Translations under genes and position numbers: made by a program
The notes under the pieces: model-generated
Database searches by the model: none
What the model was told of the DNA's origin: nothing
What the model saw: the letters and a program-made list of their open reading frames with translations, nothing else
Shown: one piece after another, positions 10,601 through 22,500 of the stretch
Layout: each line of letters opens with the position of its first letter
Numbering within the stretch: the stretch's first letter is position 1
IMG/VR virus record: IMGVR_UViG_3300012953_000092
Location: 1 to 34,903 of that record
Length of the DNA stretch: 34,903 bases
Strand: one strand, 5' to 3'
Source of the DNA: a virus
Taxonomy: Duplodnaviria; Caudoviricetes

Positions 10601-13600
10601 TTCATCCTGTAAAGTTTGTTCGGGAGAATATGGATTATTTGAATATGTGATAGTAGGATTATTATAATCTCCACGTTTATGATTTGATTTAGCTAATCTA
10701 AAATTAATAATTTCTATACCATTTACATCATCACTATAACCAGTAACAGTTTCACCCATCCTAAATTTATTTAATGATGAATCTGAACCATAGTTTTCCA
10801 AAGTACTATCAGGAGATATTTCTAGTAATTTTGGAATGTAATGTACATCACTATTACCATCAAGGAATTGATAATGTAGTGCATTAGATAATAAACCTTC
10901 AGCATTAAATCTCACATTCCTGGATCTCATCCATGTCTCATCTCCACTATCAACAAGTACATCCCCAGAAGTAGTACTATATGTGGTTCTCTTTTTCTTA
11001 TTACTACCCCAACCCCATCTCTTTCTCTTTTTCTTTTTATAAACAGTTTTCATATCCAACACTATATCAGCTAATCTAATTGTTCTTACCCAAGTATCAG
11101 TCTCTGGAGTTAAAGTAACTGTTCCTGTATATTGAGACACATTATAAAAGTTAACATTACATATCTGTGTTGCATATGTTTGTTGAATCCATCCAATTTC
11201 TTCATACTTTAAAGATACTACATTTCCTGTTTTCTGTACATTAGAATCCAGTAAGTCATAATTTGAATATAAATCCAATTCTTCATCAATCGTATTTGTT
11301 GCAGGTAAGAGTTGATTTGTTAAACTATTTCTAGAAATAATAGGTCTTATTTCACCATTATCCGTATCAACTGCTATTGATGATGAACCATCTATAAATT
11401 CATCTGTATTAAAAGTATCAACAAAAAAACCACTTTTAAATCTGCTCCTACCATTTGCATCCTCAACTGTTAAAGCTTGAGTATTTGTTTCTAATAAAGA
11501 TAAGGTAGTTACTCTTTCTAATTCATCAATTCTATCTTCAAGTACTCCAATATCTCTCATAGTATATCTTCTATTATCAACTAAACGAAACTCAGCATCT
11601 TTAGGATCATAAAGATATGGTGGTAAAGTAATAGTTGCTAATTTCATAAGATTATTAACACTTACTGATTCTAATGGTGTACGAGATGGTTGTCCTTTCT
11701 CTACTGATACCATACCATACTGACTCAAATAAACCGAATCTATTCTTCCTAGATAATATTGATATCCTAAATTTGTTGCTTCATTAGGAGCTATTAAATG
11801 TTTGGGAGCACTATCAAAATTTCTTTGGCCAAAATCAAATGGAGAAGCATTTGATAAATTAAAATCAGATACTCTAGGTCTAAAATCAAGAGTATCTGTT
11901 GCTCTTACCTCAGAATCACCAATTATAGGTATATCTTTAGTATATCTTTCTTTATCATAACTTAATACCGTAAACGCATCTCCTGTATCATCAGAAGGTA
12001 CTATATACTTGTCAAATATTACCATCAACTGCTTAGATGGTATTGATGCATTAGTTTTTCTAACTAATCTAGAATAGTCATAGTATTCATCTCTTTGCCC
12101 TTTATCTAAACTATAGAATCTTGAAATATCTTTATAACTACCATTTTCTATACTTTCAATATCACTAACTATTTCCGATTCTTTAAATAAAACTCTCTCA
12201 GTAAGATTAAATTTTTTATCATTTAAATATACAATTCCTAAAACATTAGCACCTCCAGATGAAGGAGATGAATTATTATTTGTAACTATTCTTGCAATAG
12301 CATTAGAAGTTTCACCTCTAATAGTTTCACCTATAATAGCATTAGTTCCTACATTAGCAGTTGAAGTAAATGTAATAGTATCTAATGTCGGTGCTGAAGA
12401 AGTTTTTGATTCATAAACTGCTAAAACTTTAACTACATCAGGAACATTTAATGAAATATGTTCATCTTGAACTCTTAAACCATATGCTTTATTATTATAA
12501 TCTAATCCATCTGCTAATGACCTTCCAACAATAGTTCCAGATTCTGGATTTCTAGATCTAGATATAGTAAGTACTTGACTTCTCTCATAATTTTTTCTTT
12601 TACTTTGAATACCTTGTTTATTTGCTGTTATATTAATAACAGAATTAGAACCATCAGTTAATCCACTAAAAGTTACTGTAGAATTACTACTACCTCTAGC
12701 AAAACTATCAGAAGTTACAGCACCAATTCCACCTCCTGAATAAAAAATTGAATATCTTTCAGATTGATATGCCTCAAAAAATACACTAGAAATGCCAACT
12801 TCATTTCCATCTTTAATATCAGAAAGACTAACACTAACGTTATTGCTATTAATGGTTTTATTTGTTATTTGAGCTGATATTGGAAGTACTGATGCTGAAA
12901 GATCAACAGAAGAAATATTAGGATCTGGTAATTTTACATATAATCCATCTCGCTTTATTAATGAAGGAACTCCTAATCGAATCTCAGAGAAAGTACCATT
13001 TTGAACATCTTTATTATAAACACCAATCACATCCGAACCATCTGCATTATCAATATCTAATTGCATACCACCATTACTAACACCTGTTACTTTACAAAAA
13101 ACTTCATCTCCAGATGTAAATTGATATCGAATAATAGTACCAACTGGTATACCAGTAAATGCTTTTCCTGGACTTACTAATGCATTTCCGCCAGTTATTG
13201 TTCCTCCAAGAATACCATTTGGCAATGGAAGTGATTCTAAAAAGGAAGTTGCTTTAAAATCTTGAAAATATTTCGCATCATCTTTAGTTTGTTTTATTGA
13301 TCTAATATCTCTAGCACCATATACAACAATTGATTCAATAGTTCTTATACCAAATGCAGGATTCTTAGCACCATTAAAAGATAGCTCTTCTCCAACCATG
13401 AAAGAACCTGATGTCTGTCTTAATGTAAACACCTTTGCATTTATATTTTGAATATATCCAGTAGCACCACTACGTAACCCTTTTACATATGTTGTAAGAG
13501 GAACCTCATCACTAGTTGCTGTTTGAGTTAAAGTTAATTTAGTATAAGTTTGTACATCATAAAGATGTGCATTCCATTTTGAAGCTGCTGAAGTATAAGA

Positions 13601-14932
13601 AGATTCTGATAAATGTATTGAATATAATCTTGCATCTCCTATTTGTGTTCCACTAGCATCTAATGTACTATGTAATTGAATAGTTTTTCTTAATTGAGGT
13701 TGTCCACTAATATTATTAACCTTTAAAATATTCCCGAAGGTAAAATCAACACTTGATACGTTTATTTTTTCACTATCTCTAGGTTTTTCAACATCTATAA
13801 CATTACCCATATTATCACTAATTGTAACGTCATAACCATTTACATAAGCTTTACCTGGTGAAACTGTTACACACATTAAATCATCTGAAGGAGTATTTCC
13901 CTGCTGTGTATTTTGATTACTATAATATATCCCACGATTATCTAATCTATCATTCAAAGAGTCACTAACAGATATATCAAATTGATCAATTGCATAATCT
14001 CCAGATTCGTCTTGAGTTCTACCAGCTATCCAATCTTTAAGTACCTTATAATTATGTGTGCCTTTTTTTGTAAATTCTCTAACTTCTCCATCTTTTACTC
14101 TCATTATCTCCACAAAATCTGTATCATTTGTGTCTGATAATACTTTTTTTGTAAGAGTTAATCCAATCCTAACTCTATCGGCACCAGGAGCAGCATAATT
14201 TGAAAATCCCTTAGCATTATCATATAATGAACTATCATCCTTCGCACGAACAATAGATTCATCAATTTTTAATCCTACCCTATAAGATGGAGTATTAGTA
14301 TAATTATCTAAAATTATTGTTTGTCTATCAACATTAACAAAATTTCCTCTAACATAATAAATACCATTATCAACAGAAGCAGCTGAACCTATTGCAGTAG
14401 CATTTGAAGATATAAGAGTTGCAAAAATAGATCCAGCAGATATTGTTGTATTTCCATAAATTATATTATCATTAGATAATAAAGATTCTCCATCTAAAAA
14501 AGTAACTCCAGTAAAATCTATAGTACTAGCTGTAATATATGTGACATATATTGTTATATCTTCAACATTATTACCATCAGGCAGAGCAACAGATTCTACA
14601 GTTGCAGTTATACCAGAAGTTTGTCCTTTTATAGTTTTTCCAATAAGTTGAGTAACATATAAAGAAATATCAATACCAAATTGAGAAGAATTAAGTTTTA
14701 CTGAATTATAATCACCATGATAACTAGGAGCTCCTGGAATAACAAGATCCCCCTCATTTAAACCTGAACCAGCACTAAAATTTTCTACTTGATTTTGTAA
14801 AATAGATTGTAGAGTAGTTAATTCTCTCGCCTGAACTGGAAATCCTGGTTTAAAAAGAACTTTATAAAAATTCTTAGATTGATCAAAATCATCATAATAA
14901 GGACTGATATTTAAATTCTTTTTCTGTGCCAT
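7616..14932 (-). CDS. vrlC: VrlC-like / DUF4815-type large virion structural protein (2438 aa)
   Basis: N-terminal PYYDDFD...VLFKPGFPVQARELTTLQSILQNQ, plus APGADR, RRYTMRDIG..E.RI..LE, FKSGFFVD, DPLAQTF and GSLFKSQNGSIWT. It follows gp8, as in cyanomyoviruses. Confidence 0.88.
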   Translation of the reverse strand: MAQKKNLNISPYYDDFDQSKNFYKVLFKPGFPVQARELTTLQSILQNQVENFSAGSGLNEGDLVIPGAPSYHGDYNSVKLNSSQFGIDISLYVTQLIGKTIKGQTSGITATVESVALPDGNNVEDITIYVTYITASTIDFTGVTFLDGESLLSNDNIIYGNTTISAGSIFATLISSNATAIGSAASVDNGIYYVRGNFVNVDRQTIILDNYTNTPSYRVGLKIDESIVRAKDDSSLYDNAKGFSNYAAPGADRVRIGLTLTKKVLSDTNDTDFVEIMRVKDGEVREFTKKGTHNYKVLKDWIAGRTQDESGDYAIDQFDISVSDSLNDRLDNRGIYYSNQNTQQGNTPSDDLMCVTVSPGKAYVNGYDVTISDNMGNVIDVEKPRDSEKINVSSVDFTFGNILKVNNISGQPQLRKTIQLHSTLDASGTQIGDARLYSIHLSESSYTSAASKWNAHLYDVQTYTKLTLTQTATSDEVPLTTYVKGLRSGATGYIQNINAKVFTLRQTSGSFMVGEELSFNGAKNPAFGIRTIESIVVYGARDIRSIKQTKDDAKYFQDFKATSFLESLPLPNGILGGTITGGNALVSPGKAFTGIPVGTIIRYQFTSGDEVFCKVTGVSNGGMQLDIDNADGSDVIGVYNKDVQNGTFSEIRLGVPSLIKRDGLYVKLPDPNISSVDLSASVLPISAQITNKTINSNNVSVSLSDIKDGNEVGISSVFFEAYQSERYSIFYSGGGIGAVTSDSFARGSSNSTVTFSGLTDGSNSVINITANKQGIQSKRKNYERSQVLTISRSRNPESGTIVGRSLADGLDYNNKAYGLRVQDEHISLNVPDVVKVLAVYESKTSSAPTLDTITFTSTANVGTNAIIGETIRGETSNAIARIVTNNNSSPSSGGANVLGIVYLNDKKFNLTERVLFKESEIVSDIESIENGSYKDISRFYSLDKGQRDEYYDYSRLVRKTNASIPSKQLMVIFDKYIVPSDDTGDAFTVLSYDKERYTKDIPIIGDSEVRATDTLDFRPRVSDFNLSNASPFDFGQRNFDSAPKHLIAPNEATNLGYQYYLGRIDSVYLSQYGMVSVEKGQPSRTPLESVSVNNLMKLATITLPPYLYDPKDAEFRLVDNRRYTMRDIGVLEDRIDELERVTTLSLLETNTQALTVEDANGRSRFKSGFFVDTFNTDEFIDGSSSIAVDTDNGEIRPIISRNSLTNQLLPATNTIDEELDLYSNYDLLDSNVQKTGNVVSLKYEEIGWIQQTYATQICNVNFYNVSQYTGTVTLTPETDTWVRTIRLADIVLDMKTVYKKKKRKRWGWGSNKKKRTTYSTTSGDVLVDSGDETWMRSRNVRFNAEGLLSNALHYQFLDGNSDVHYIPKLLEISPDSTLENYGSDSSLNKFRMGETVTGYSDDVNGIEIINFRLAKSNHKRGDYNNPTITYSNNPYSPEQTLQDEYTTSSKVLNIDTFSLASIEQGLYSGYVERGTKLVGNESGAVAYVKDLRLITDINGNLQGCFFLKDPNTTPPPSVQIETGSKTYKLTSSLINAPNITGTASISSASTPYEAVGTYKEMQVQEQTTKTITTTKNWFHFCIGSGDPLAQTFSVGGAVEAPDPGVTLNEDDNGVFVTSVDIFFGLKSNGNAPITCEIRTTELGTPTKIRVGNSVTLRPEEVNTSPVGEVATNFKFAEPIYLEAGKEYAIVLVAPTSNEYEAWIARFKEATIETQELPKDQQVIYSRQWALGSLFKSQNGSIWTADQYEDLKFKLYKAKFSTTPGTAFFANPTLDKSNGYVSELESNPITTFSRKGYIGITAVTDSVGISSYSRGRTVVGYNDDNVTAVIVGTGGPVKSASVGIVTGGINYKPNMSTYGPVGVYNITGKGRDLKLNITSSSGGVITNVAINGSNVGSGYTMGDKVGIITAESEGNYGGIGAEISIDDIEGIDTLYLDDIHGRVGADGFKSGEDLKFIEDGSTTVTQTNIDLTTDLILDGGINSGDYFRINDELDHGMYASNNKVIIKNVTTDVDATTLTSNLESNETSSIEVASTENLSIFEGLPVSATNPGYVLIEGKEIVSYKEVQAGNILYDLERGVNSTSSLNNNSLHNVGAKVEKYELNGVSLLRINKTHIISPTNIDLDSYGIQIDKGVTGTTINRSFGGTQPELSFNISESPVGGSNVTATRNIIYDTIVPIYDVFTPSDVTSTSASIRTVSGTSVSGSENSFIDQGFESVQLNQPNKLSSVRLICSKVNEIEYLNNIERNKSLTTGISLSSTDESVSPIIFLNNSNTEFRCNRLNNPISDYITDNRVNSRTAFDPHSAIYISPPVTLDKPADGLKVLLSAYRDASSDFRVLYSIKRPDSDEIPQEFELFPGYDNLNDTTGDGFGDRVIDSVNNNGKPDAFVPASLDNQFLEYQFTADNLGEFIGYQIKIVMSGTNQAYPIRIKDFRTIALK

Positions 14933-14938
14933 GTGTCT

Positions 14939-16543
14939 TTAAAATTCCAGAATAATTTTAACGTCTTCTTTTTGTTTACTGTCTCGTGTCACCATTTTTC
15001 GATTATCGATATAAATTATGTCACCAGTATTTCTATTTATCTCTGGATTTGCAAGACCATTTGTAAAATTGACTCCCAAATCTATTTGTTTTGATCCAAT
15101 TGTTGTTGTAATTCCACTAAAACTAGAATTAATAGGTTCTTCAACTCCAGTAGTATATGAAAAATTAATTTTTTGATTTTGGCCATCAGATTCAAAAGGT
15201 AATACATTACCAACACTACTCAATCCAACATAATCTGTATGAGTTCCATCAGGATTAAAGTATAAACTTCTATCTTGATAATATTTTAATACTTTAGTTT
15301 CATCATCATATGATGATATATATCCTTTCGCAACTCCAAACTCTTGTGATTGTGTTATAGTAGAACCTATAGATGGAGTTGAATCAAAAGTAGATGCAAA
15401 TTTAATTGAATATACGGAAGAATATTGACTTCCTGTAAAAATTGTATTTAAATCAGTAAATGTAGATGGATTTTTTATAATACCAACTTGAGAAAATTTT
15501 GTATTTGTTGGAAAATCTTTAGTGGAATCATCAAATCTTGCATAAACTAAAACTCTATCAGCACCCAATTCTTTATAAATGTCATAACCATGACCTTTGG
15601 ATGGTGGAATAATTGGAATTAACTTTGCAGGTATTTTATTATCTTCTGCAAAACTATCAGGTCTAAGACCAGAAAGATCAACAAATCCATAAGTATATCC
15701 ACTACCACCTGCAGTAACAGTAATATCACTAATTACTCCATTTTCAGCAAAATCAATAGATACTTTAGCACCACTTCCATCACCAATTATTGGAACATTC
15801 GTTCGTGGACCAGATTCTCCAGTAGATTGTCCACCATTATAACCATAACCACCATTTTCAATATATACTTTTTTAATCTGGTTAAAGTTTATAGTAGAAT
15901 CACCAGCCTCTCTTACATTTTGAATCTGAGTATCTGTAGATGTTTCCCAATCATTAGGTACAACAATATACTCAGTTGAATCAAATTTAATAACATCACT
16001 AGGTGATATTGAGAAAATATACTTCCAAATATACCCATCTCCACTATTTCCTGCAGCACTTGGTTCTAAATCCGTAAAAGTGGGTTCATCTTTAGAAGTA
16101 CCACCTTTAGCAGTAGTAGAATTTGGAGAGCCATATCCACCATTATCTAAACAAATATAAACATTAAAATCACTATTAATAACAAAATATTGTGCATCAT
16201 ATAATCTAGTGGTTGCTGAGTTAGGTGTTAAATTATTAATACTATAATCATGCCTATACATATCATAGCGATTATTAGCAACCCATTGAACTTTAGGAAC
16301 AACTCTTCTAATATTTTTACTGTTAATTTTTTTACCAAATAATGAAGTATCTCTATAATGAGATTCATACTGATAATTATCAATTGGATTTGATGGCCAA
16401 GATGAATTTCTACCAAATCCACTTATAGAACTAGGATTAGAAAGTCCTAGAAATACATAGTAGGAATTATTAGTATCGAGTACAGAATCTACAAAATTAC
16501 CCGCATTTGATATTCTAAATTGATCTGTTACTACAGCAGACAT
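14939..16543 (-). CDS. gp8: Baseplate wedge subunit (T4 gp8-like)
   Basis: YDMYRHDY, VYICLDN, DGYIWKY, GDIIYIDNR and the C-terminal QKEDVKIILEF. Confidence 0.93.
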   Translation of the reverse strand: MSAVVTDQFRISNAGNFVDSVLDTNNSYYVFLGLSNPSSISGFGRNSSWPSNPIDNYQYESHYRDTSLFGKKINSKNIRRVVPKVQWVANNRYDMYRHDYSINNLTPNSATTRLYDAQYFVINSDFNVYICLDNGGYGSPNSTTAKGGTSKDEPTFTDLEPSAAGNSGDGYIWKYIFSISPSDVIKFDSTEYIVVPNDWETSTDTQIQNVREAGDSTINFNQIKKVYIENGGYGYNGGQSTGESGPRTNVPIIGDGSGAKVSIDFAENGVISDITVTAGGSGYTYGFVDLSGLRPDSFAEDNKIPAKLIPIIPPSKGHGYDIYKELGADRVLVYARFDDSTKDFPTNTKFSQVGIIKNPSTFTDLNTIFTGSQYSSVYSIKFASTFDSTPSIGSTITQSQEFGVAKGYISSYDDETKVLKYYQDRSLYFNPDGTHTDYVGLSSVGNVLPFESDGQNQKINFSYTTGVEEPINSSFSGITTTIGSKQIDLGVNFTNGLANPEINRNTGDIIYIDNRKMVTRDSKQKEDVKIILEF

Positions 16544-16560
16544 ATTAATAGTTTTTTAGA

Positions 16561-16568
16561 TATTTATA
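16561..16568 (-). promoter_or_regulatory. T4-type late promoter TATAAATA
   Basis: Exact consensus in the 32-bp gap between gp7 and gp8, 17 nt before the gp8 ATG. Confidence 0.8.
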
Positions 16569-16575
16569 ACATTAA

Positions 16576-19500
16576 TTAAGATACTTCAATACCCCCAGTA
16601 TCTCGCAAGCCTTGAAGCCTTCTTTGTATAGTTGGGAGGGTAGTTAATCCAGCATCAATTGTAAGTCCCGTAACCCCTATTGAAATAGGGTTTACTCCTC
16701 TTGTAATAGTTCCAGTATCATTATTATATAATCTACCCCATGATACTTCACCAGCATATACTGTTCCACTAGTACTACCAAGTCCAACAACAGAAGTATT
16801 AGAATCTATATTACATTTAAGAATACCAGTAACAGAATTCCATGCACTAACATTATATACATTATCTAAAAATATTGTTCCAATACCAACAATATTATCA
16901 TCAGAGGTATAAATTGAAGTTACACCACTTCCAATTGAAGTCCCATGTATGTAAACAGGATAATTTACTAATAAACCATTATATATTCCACCATCCTTTA
17001 AATTAAATTCAATTGCTAATGGTGCTCCACCTATACCAGAAGTAGTACTAATACCAGTAATAATACCAGTAAATCCTTGAATAGCATTAATTTTAGAAAC
17101 TTCTTCTAATTTATTAAACATAGGCAATGGTGCGAGAACATTGGGTACTATACTTTGATTATACCCAAATCCTTCATTAGTAATAGTAATTGGTGTAGTA
17201 ATAGAACCATTGGTTATTGTTACTGTTGCTGTTGCTATTGTTCCAACACCCACACCTACACCAGTTGTTGGTATTCCAATAGATATTGAAGTTGTTGCTC
17301 CAACATATCCACTACCACTACTAACAATACTTAATGTAGAAATTGTACCCGCAGCAGAAACAATAGCAGTTAATCCAGCAGCTACAGGAGCAATACTATC
17401 AATAATAAGTCCACCAATAGGTTTAAAGGATATTTCTTCTTCATCATCAAATATTCCTCTATTATCAATGAAAATATTTGTTAATCCTTCTGTAGAAGAA
17501 ATATCTCCAATTATTTTTGCTGTTGGGAATATTAATGGTTCTAAACTAGGTCTAGATTTAGAAATAGGTTCACCATCAATAATTCTATCAAATTTCTGTT
17601 TTGTCCATTTTAAAGTTTTATCCAAATCATTAACACCCTCACCAAAATATAAATCAGTTTCTACATACCCAGAACCTAAAGTCGCAATTCCAAGCATTAC
17701 TCTGGACTTTTGATTAACATCATTGTCATGTATTCTGAGCAATTCTAATTTATCACCAGATTTTAATGATGGTCTAATACCTTCTTTTAATTCAGTATCA
17801 CTTTCAGATGTTCCTCTATAGAAGAATATTGCAACATCATCTTCAGGTTCTGGTGGATGAGTAAATACAAAAGATGTTCCACCATTAAATTTATAAGAAA
17901 TATCTGGTTCTTGAATTATACCATTAACTATAATTAATAGTGCATTTGAAAGATTTATATTAAAATCACTATTTGAATCCGTATCAAAATTCAAAAATTC
18001 ATCATCATATTTAAGAGTAAATCTTGTTCTCTTACCATCTTGTTGATCTTTAATAGAATCAATATAATCAAATTGTCCAAATTGCCAAGCTGCAAATGAA
18101 TCAGTAAAAGTATCCACTACTGTTAATTCAAATTGTGATATTGGAGATTCTAAACTAGCATCAGTAACTAAACCAACAGGAGTAAATACATCTCCTTTTT
18201 TAAACGAATAACCATCTCTTGTTATGTTCCAATCAGTAACAGAGAATTGAGTGGCACCTGTACCTGTCGTAGAACTTGCTCCAATAGTAACATCAAGTAA
18301 TAAACCAGTTCCAGTATCTGTAGTTGTACCAATACCCAATCTTGATACTCCTTTAACTTCTAAATTTGCATAATTTGGTTCAGGAACAGTAATTTCAGGA
18401 TTCTTATAATTAGTACCTGCAGCACCAATATTAAATGCTAGAGTTCCACCAGCACCAACTGTAGCAGTAATATTACCATTACTTCCTATACTAGAACCAA
18501 CATTTACAGTAAATGTATCATCCGTCTTTGAATTAATTGATGTTAGTATACCTGATACAGGATCTGTTGATCTTGGATAAACATGAATAGATTTATAATC
18601 ATCTTTAGAGCATGAGAATATTAATGAATCTGTGTTTATACCAACATTATCAGACGTTGTAAGTCCATGAGAAGGAATAGTTAATATTAAATCACCACTA
18701 GATGGCTCATAACTTGCATCAGTAACCGTTTTTGGAGTACCTGCCCATGAATTTACAAATATACTAGTACCAGAAGTTCCGACAAATTTATGTGTAAATG
18801 GCACATCGGTTATTTCAATTGATACTGAACCTCTATAACCAGATCCATAATTAGCATCATACCAAGGAGTAACAATACCACCTCGCATATAATTATGAGG
18901 AATTGTAGATATACCTACATTAGTTTTAAATCTATATGTTGGAGATTTTCCAACAAATACAGTAAATGTATTTCCAGAAACATCATATACGTTTATTATG
19001 TTTGCATATACTGGATCTGTTAATCTTGGATAAGGATGCTCAGTTGTATGACCATCTGCATCACAAGTAAATACTAACGAAAGATTACGGAATTTTATTC
19101 CTTGATTATGAGAAAGAGAATTACCATCATGTGTAACAATTAGAGTACCTTTTGTAGGAGAATACACTGCAGAAGTAACTTTTCTATCTCCAAATGGGCT
19201 GCTCATTAACTGTATAGCACCAGTACTACCTTCAAATGCATCTCGTATAAATCTATGTTCAAAGTCTCCAGGAATAGTATCCAAAACACTATATGATGCA
19301 CTACTAACTCCAGTAACAGGATCAATATCTTCTGGGAAGAATGTTGTAGTTACTCCGAGATATTGTCCAGAACAATCAAACTCAAGATTATGTAATTTAA
19401 CTTGATTAACAATTCCCAATTCAAAATCATGTGGGTCTTTAGTGGTAATAATAATATCACCAGTTACATTATTATAATTTGCAGTAGTAATAGAATTACT

Positions 19501-22500
19501 AGGGCCTGTTTCTCCAGTACTAACAATTGATGTAATCTCACCATTAGCATTTGTTTTAGCAAAAGTTCTTGCTCCAACAAGAGGTGCATATCCCAATCCT
19601 GGAGTAGATCCAAGAGAAACAATCAACCCATTTCTTGGTAATTGATTTTGATTTACATCACTATCACTAATAAATATATCTCCAGTATCAGTCTTAATAC
19701 CCGTAAATTCAATACTACTAATACCTGATACAGTATCCTCTAGTATTCGATAATTATTTCCAGGATTATTTTCTGCAGTAGGTCTTTGGTAAATATTGTT
19801 TATCAATAAAAGTCCATTTCCACCAGAATTGCCCAATCCTACAGTATTTGCACCACCAACTGTTAAATTAAATGTTTGACTTATACCAGTAAATTGCTCA
19901 GAGATATCATCATATACTTGATTATTTGAGTAATCATCTCTAAGATAAACTCTTCCATTAAAATCAGATTTAGGTTCAAGCAAATTACTACTATTTTTCA
20001 ATGACCCACCTCTTCCTCTTGGTGGAGATGCAAAGTGTATTTTTTCATCTACAATATTATAAGAACCTCTATAAAGTTCAACTGTACTACCATCAGCATG
20101 ATTGGTTGCAGAAGTTCCAACAAAGCCACGTTCTGTCACAACTAATGCAGTTGTTCCTATACCAGTAGTAATTGGACCTATAGTAGTAGTACCAAAACCA
20201 ACATTAACTACCTTAAGATATTCATCATTAACTTTTAAGATGTCATTAGAATTAATGGAAGATATACCACTTAATCCAAAAATTGTTGATGCTGTTCCAA
20301 TTTGTCCACCAACATTATCTTTTAATGTATATGAAAGTAATGTATTTGCTACTGGAGATTGTAAAACACTATCAATAGTCACAACAGCCTTAGTATTGCT
20401 ATTTGCCATTATAAGTTTATGATAATTTCCTGTTCCCACACCAACAAAAGTAACTGCTGTACCTACAGAAGCAGGAGATGTAGTTGAAATGTAAAAAGAG
20501 TTTTCATCATTTCTAACAGCAAAAACAGTTGTTGGTAACTGCCCTATACCACCAGTACCTTTATATTCCATAGCAGTAGAACCCACACCAACAAATGTAG
20601 ATCCTGGTTTATAAATTAATTCCTCATTAGTTCTAAAGAAATGATTATCAATAGTGAATAATCCAGTAGAAAGATTAACTTCTGTTGAATTACTAGGTTC
20701 AAAAGATTTTGCAAAAATAGGTGTATTATTATTTTCTAAAGTAAAATCAGTTCTTTGAACACGAGTACCATATGGTGCATTGTATGCATACAAATCAACA
20801 GATTCTACAACATTACCATAACTTAAATCTGGAGTATTAAGTGTATTAAATATATCAATATCATTATAAATGCATAAATTTAATGCAGATACTTGAATAT
20901 CAGAAGAATTAAAGAATGCATCAGGATAGAATTTTAATAAGAAATTATTAGAAGAATCAGAATTAACTCCAAATGTACCTATCCCAAGAATATTATCATA
21001 TTCCTCTATAGATGTATTAGGTATTATTCCATTTGCAGAAAGAAATGGTAATTGATTCATACAAACACCATTTGAATCCTGAACTACCATTACTTGATGA
21101 AGTGCTTTTGTAGAACCAACACTAACTTCAATTACAGATTTAACACTATTAAAGATACTTTTATTTAATTCAAATACTGTTGATATACCAATTGATTTTG
21201 AATAATTAGATTGATAAATTGCTGTTCTTTCTTGTCCAGATGGTTGATTAGGTAATTTAAATCTATAAGTTCCTGTTCCAATAGAAGTTGTACCAAATCC
21301 AACTATATTAGATTGAATATCTATTATATCCTCTGTATTATTTTCATAATTCAATGTAAATTCAGTTCCACTAATAGAACCTTTAAAAGATCCTATTCCT
21401 ATAGATGAATATATTTGTTTAGTTTGAGAATCAATAAAATATTCAGAAATATAAGTATTAGAACCATCATGTGTGGCATAAACTTCTACATAGTTAACTT
21501 CCTTTGTTGTCCTATTAGTTAAATAATTTTTTGCATATAATGATGTAACTTTTTCAGAATGACTAGTAATAATACCTGTAGTTGTTGGTGTATTAGAACC
21601 TATCGTTGTAGTACCAGATAAATTAATAAATCCTACAGGATATGTTCCAATTCCAGTTGTAGATGTAAATTTATTATCAATTATTTTTATATCATAATCA
21701 GTTAATTCTGGACTTTCTATAGGTATAAATCTAAAATAATTTGTACCCAAATCATCTTCAATGAAATCAAAATAACCCAATGATTTTAAATCACCATAAG
21801 ATGTCGTAATACCAGAATATAATTGTCCTTTTTCTAATAAAAATCTATTATTATTCTTATGTAATAATATATACTCAGATAATTGTGTTTTAGAATTTGC
21901 TAAATCAGAAATCCTAATAACTAAATTTTGATGATCTATTACAGGATTTTCAAGAATATTTAAATATTGATGAGGTTCTGCATCTAAATTAGAAAATTGT
22001 GTATTTATATTATCTATTTTAAGAACTTCATTACTCTTTGAAAGAATAAAATTATTCAACTTTTTATTCTGTAATGATATAAATTTAGAGTTATTATTAC
22101 TGTTGATACTATTTGCAATATCAAAATTGTAGATAGTATCAACTCTATTATCTCCTATATAATCTCTAATAGAAATTGTAGCATCTGTACTACCAATTCC
22201 AACATTTGAAGTTGATGTAATTCCAGTATCAGCAAAATTCTTAAGTCCACTAGTATGAAGTAAACTATTTACAGTAGATCTTAATTCATCATAAGTACGA
22301 GAACTTTTTACCGAATATGAAAGATTTTGGTAATAATTATTATCAGGTGTTACTTGAGTATCTTCACTAAGTTTTCCAACATTATCATACCATCCTATAT
22401 TTTTCTTATTTGAATAATCTACTACAAATCTTCCATTATTATTTTCAATACTATCAATAGTTGCTGTTACTCCAGATTCTTTTCCTATAATAACATCACC

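Noticed and set aside
4488-16422. Minus-strand ORFs 4488..4697 and 16228..16422
   Set aside because: They are alternative frames overlapping gp14/gp15 and gp8, with no independent support.
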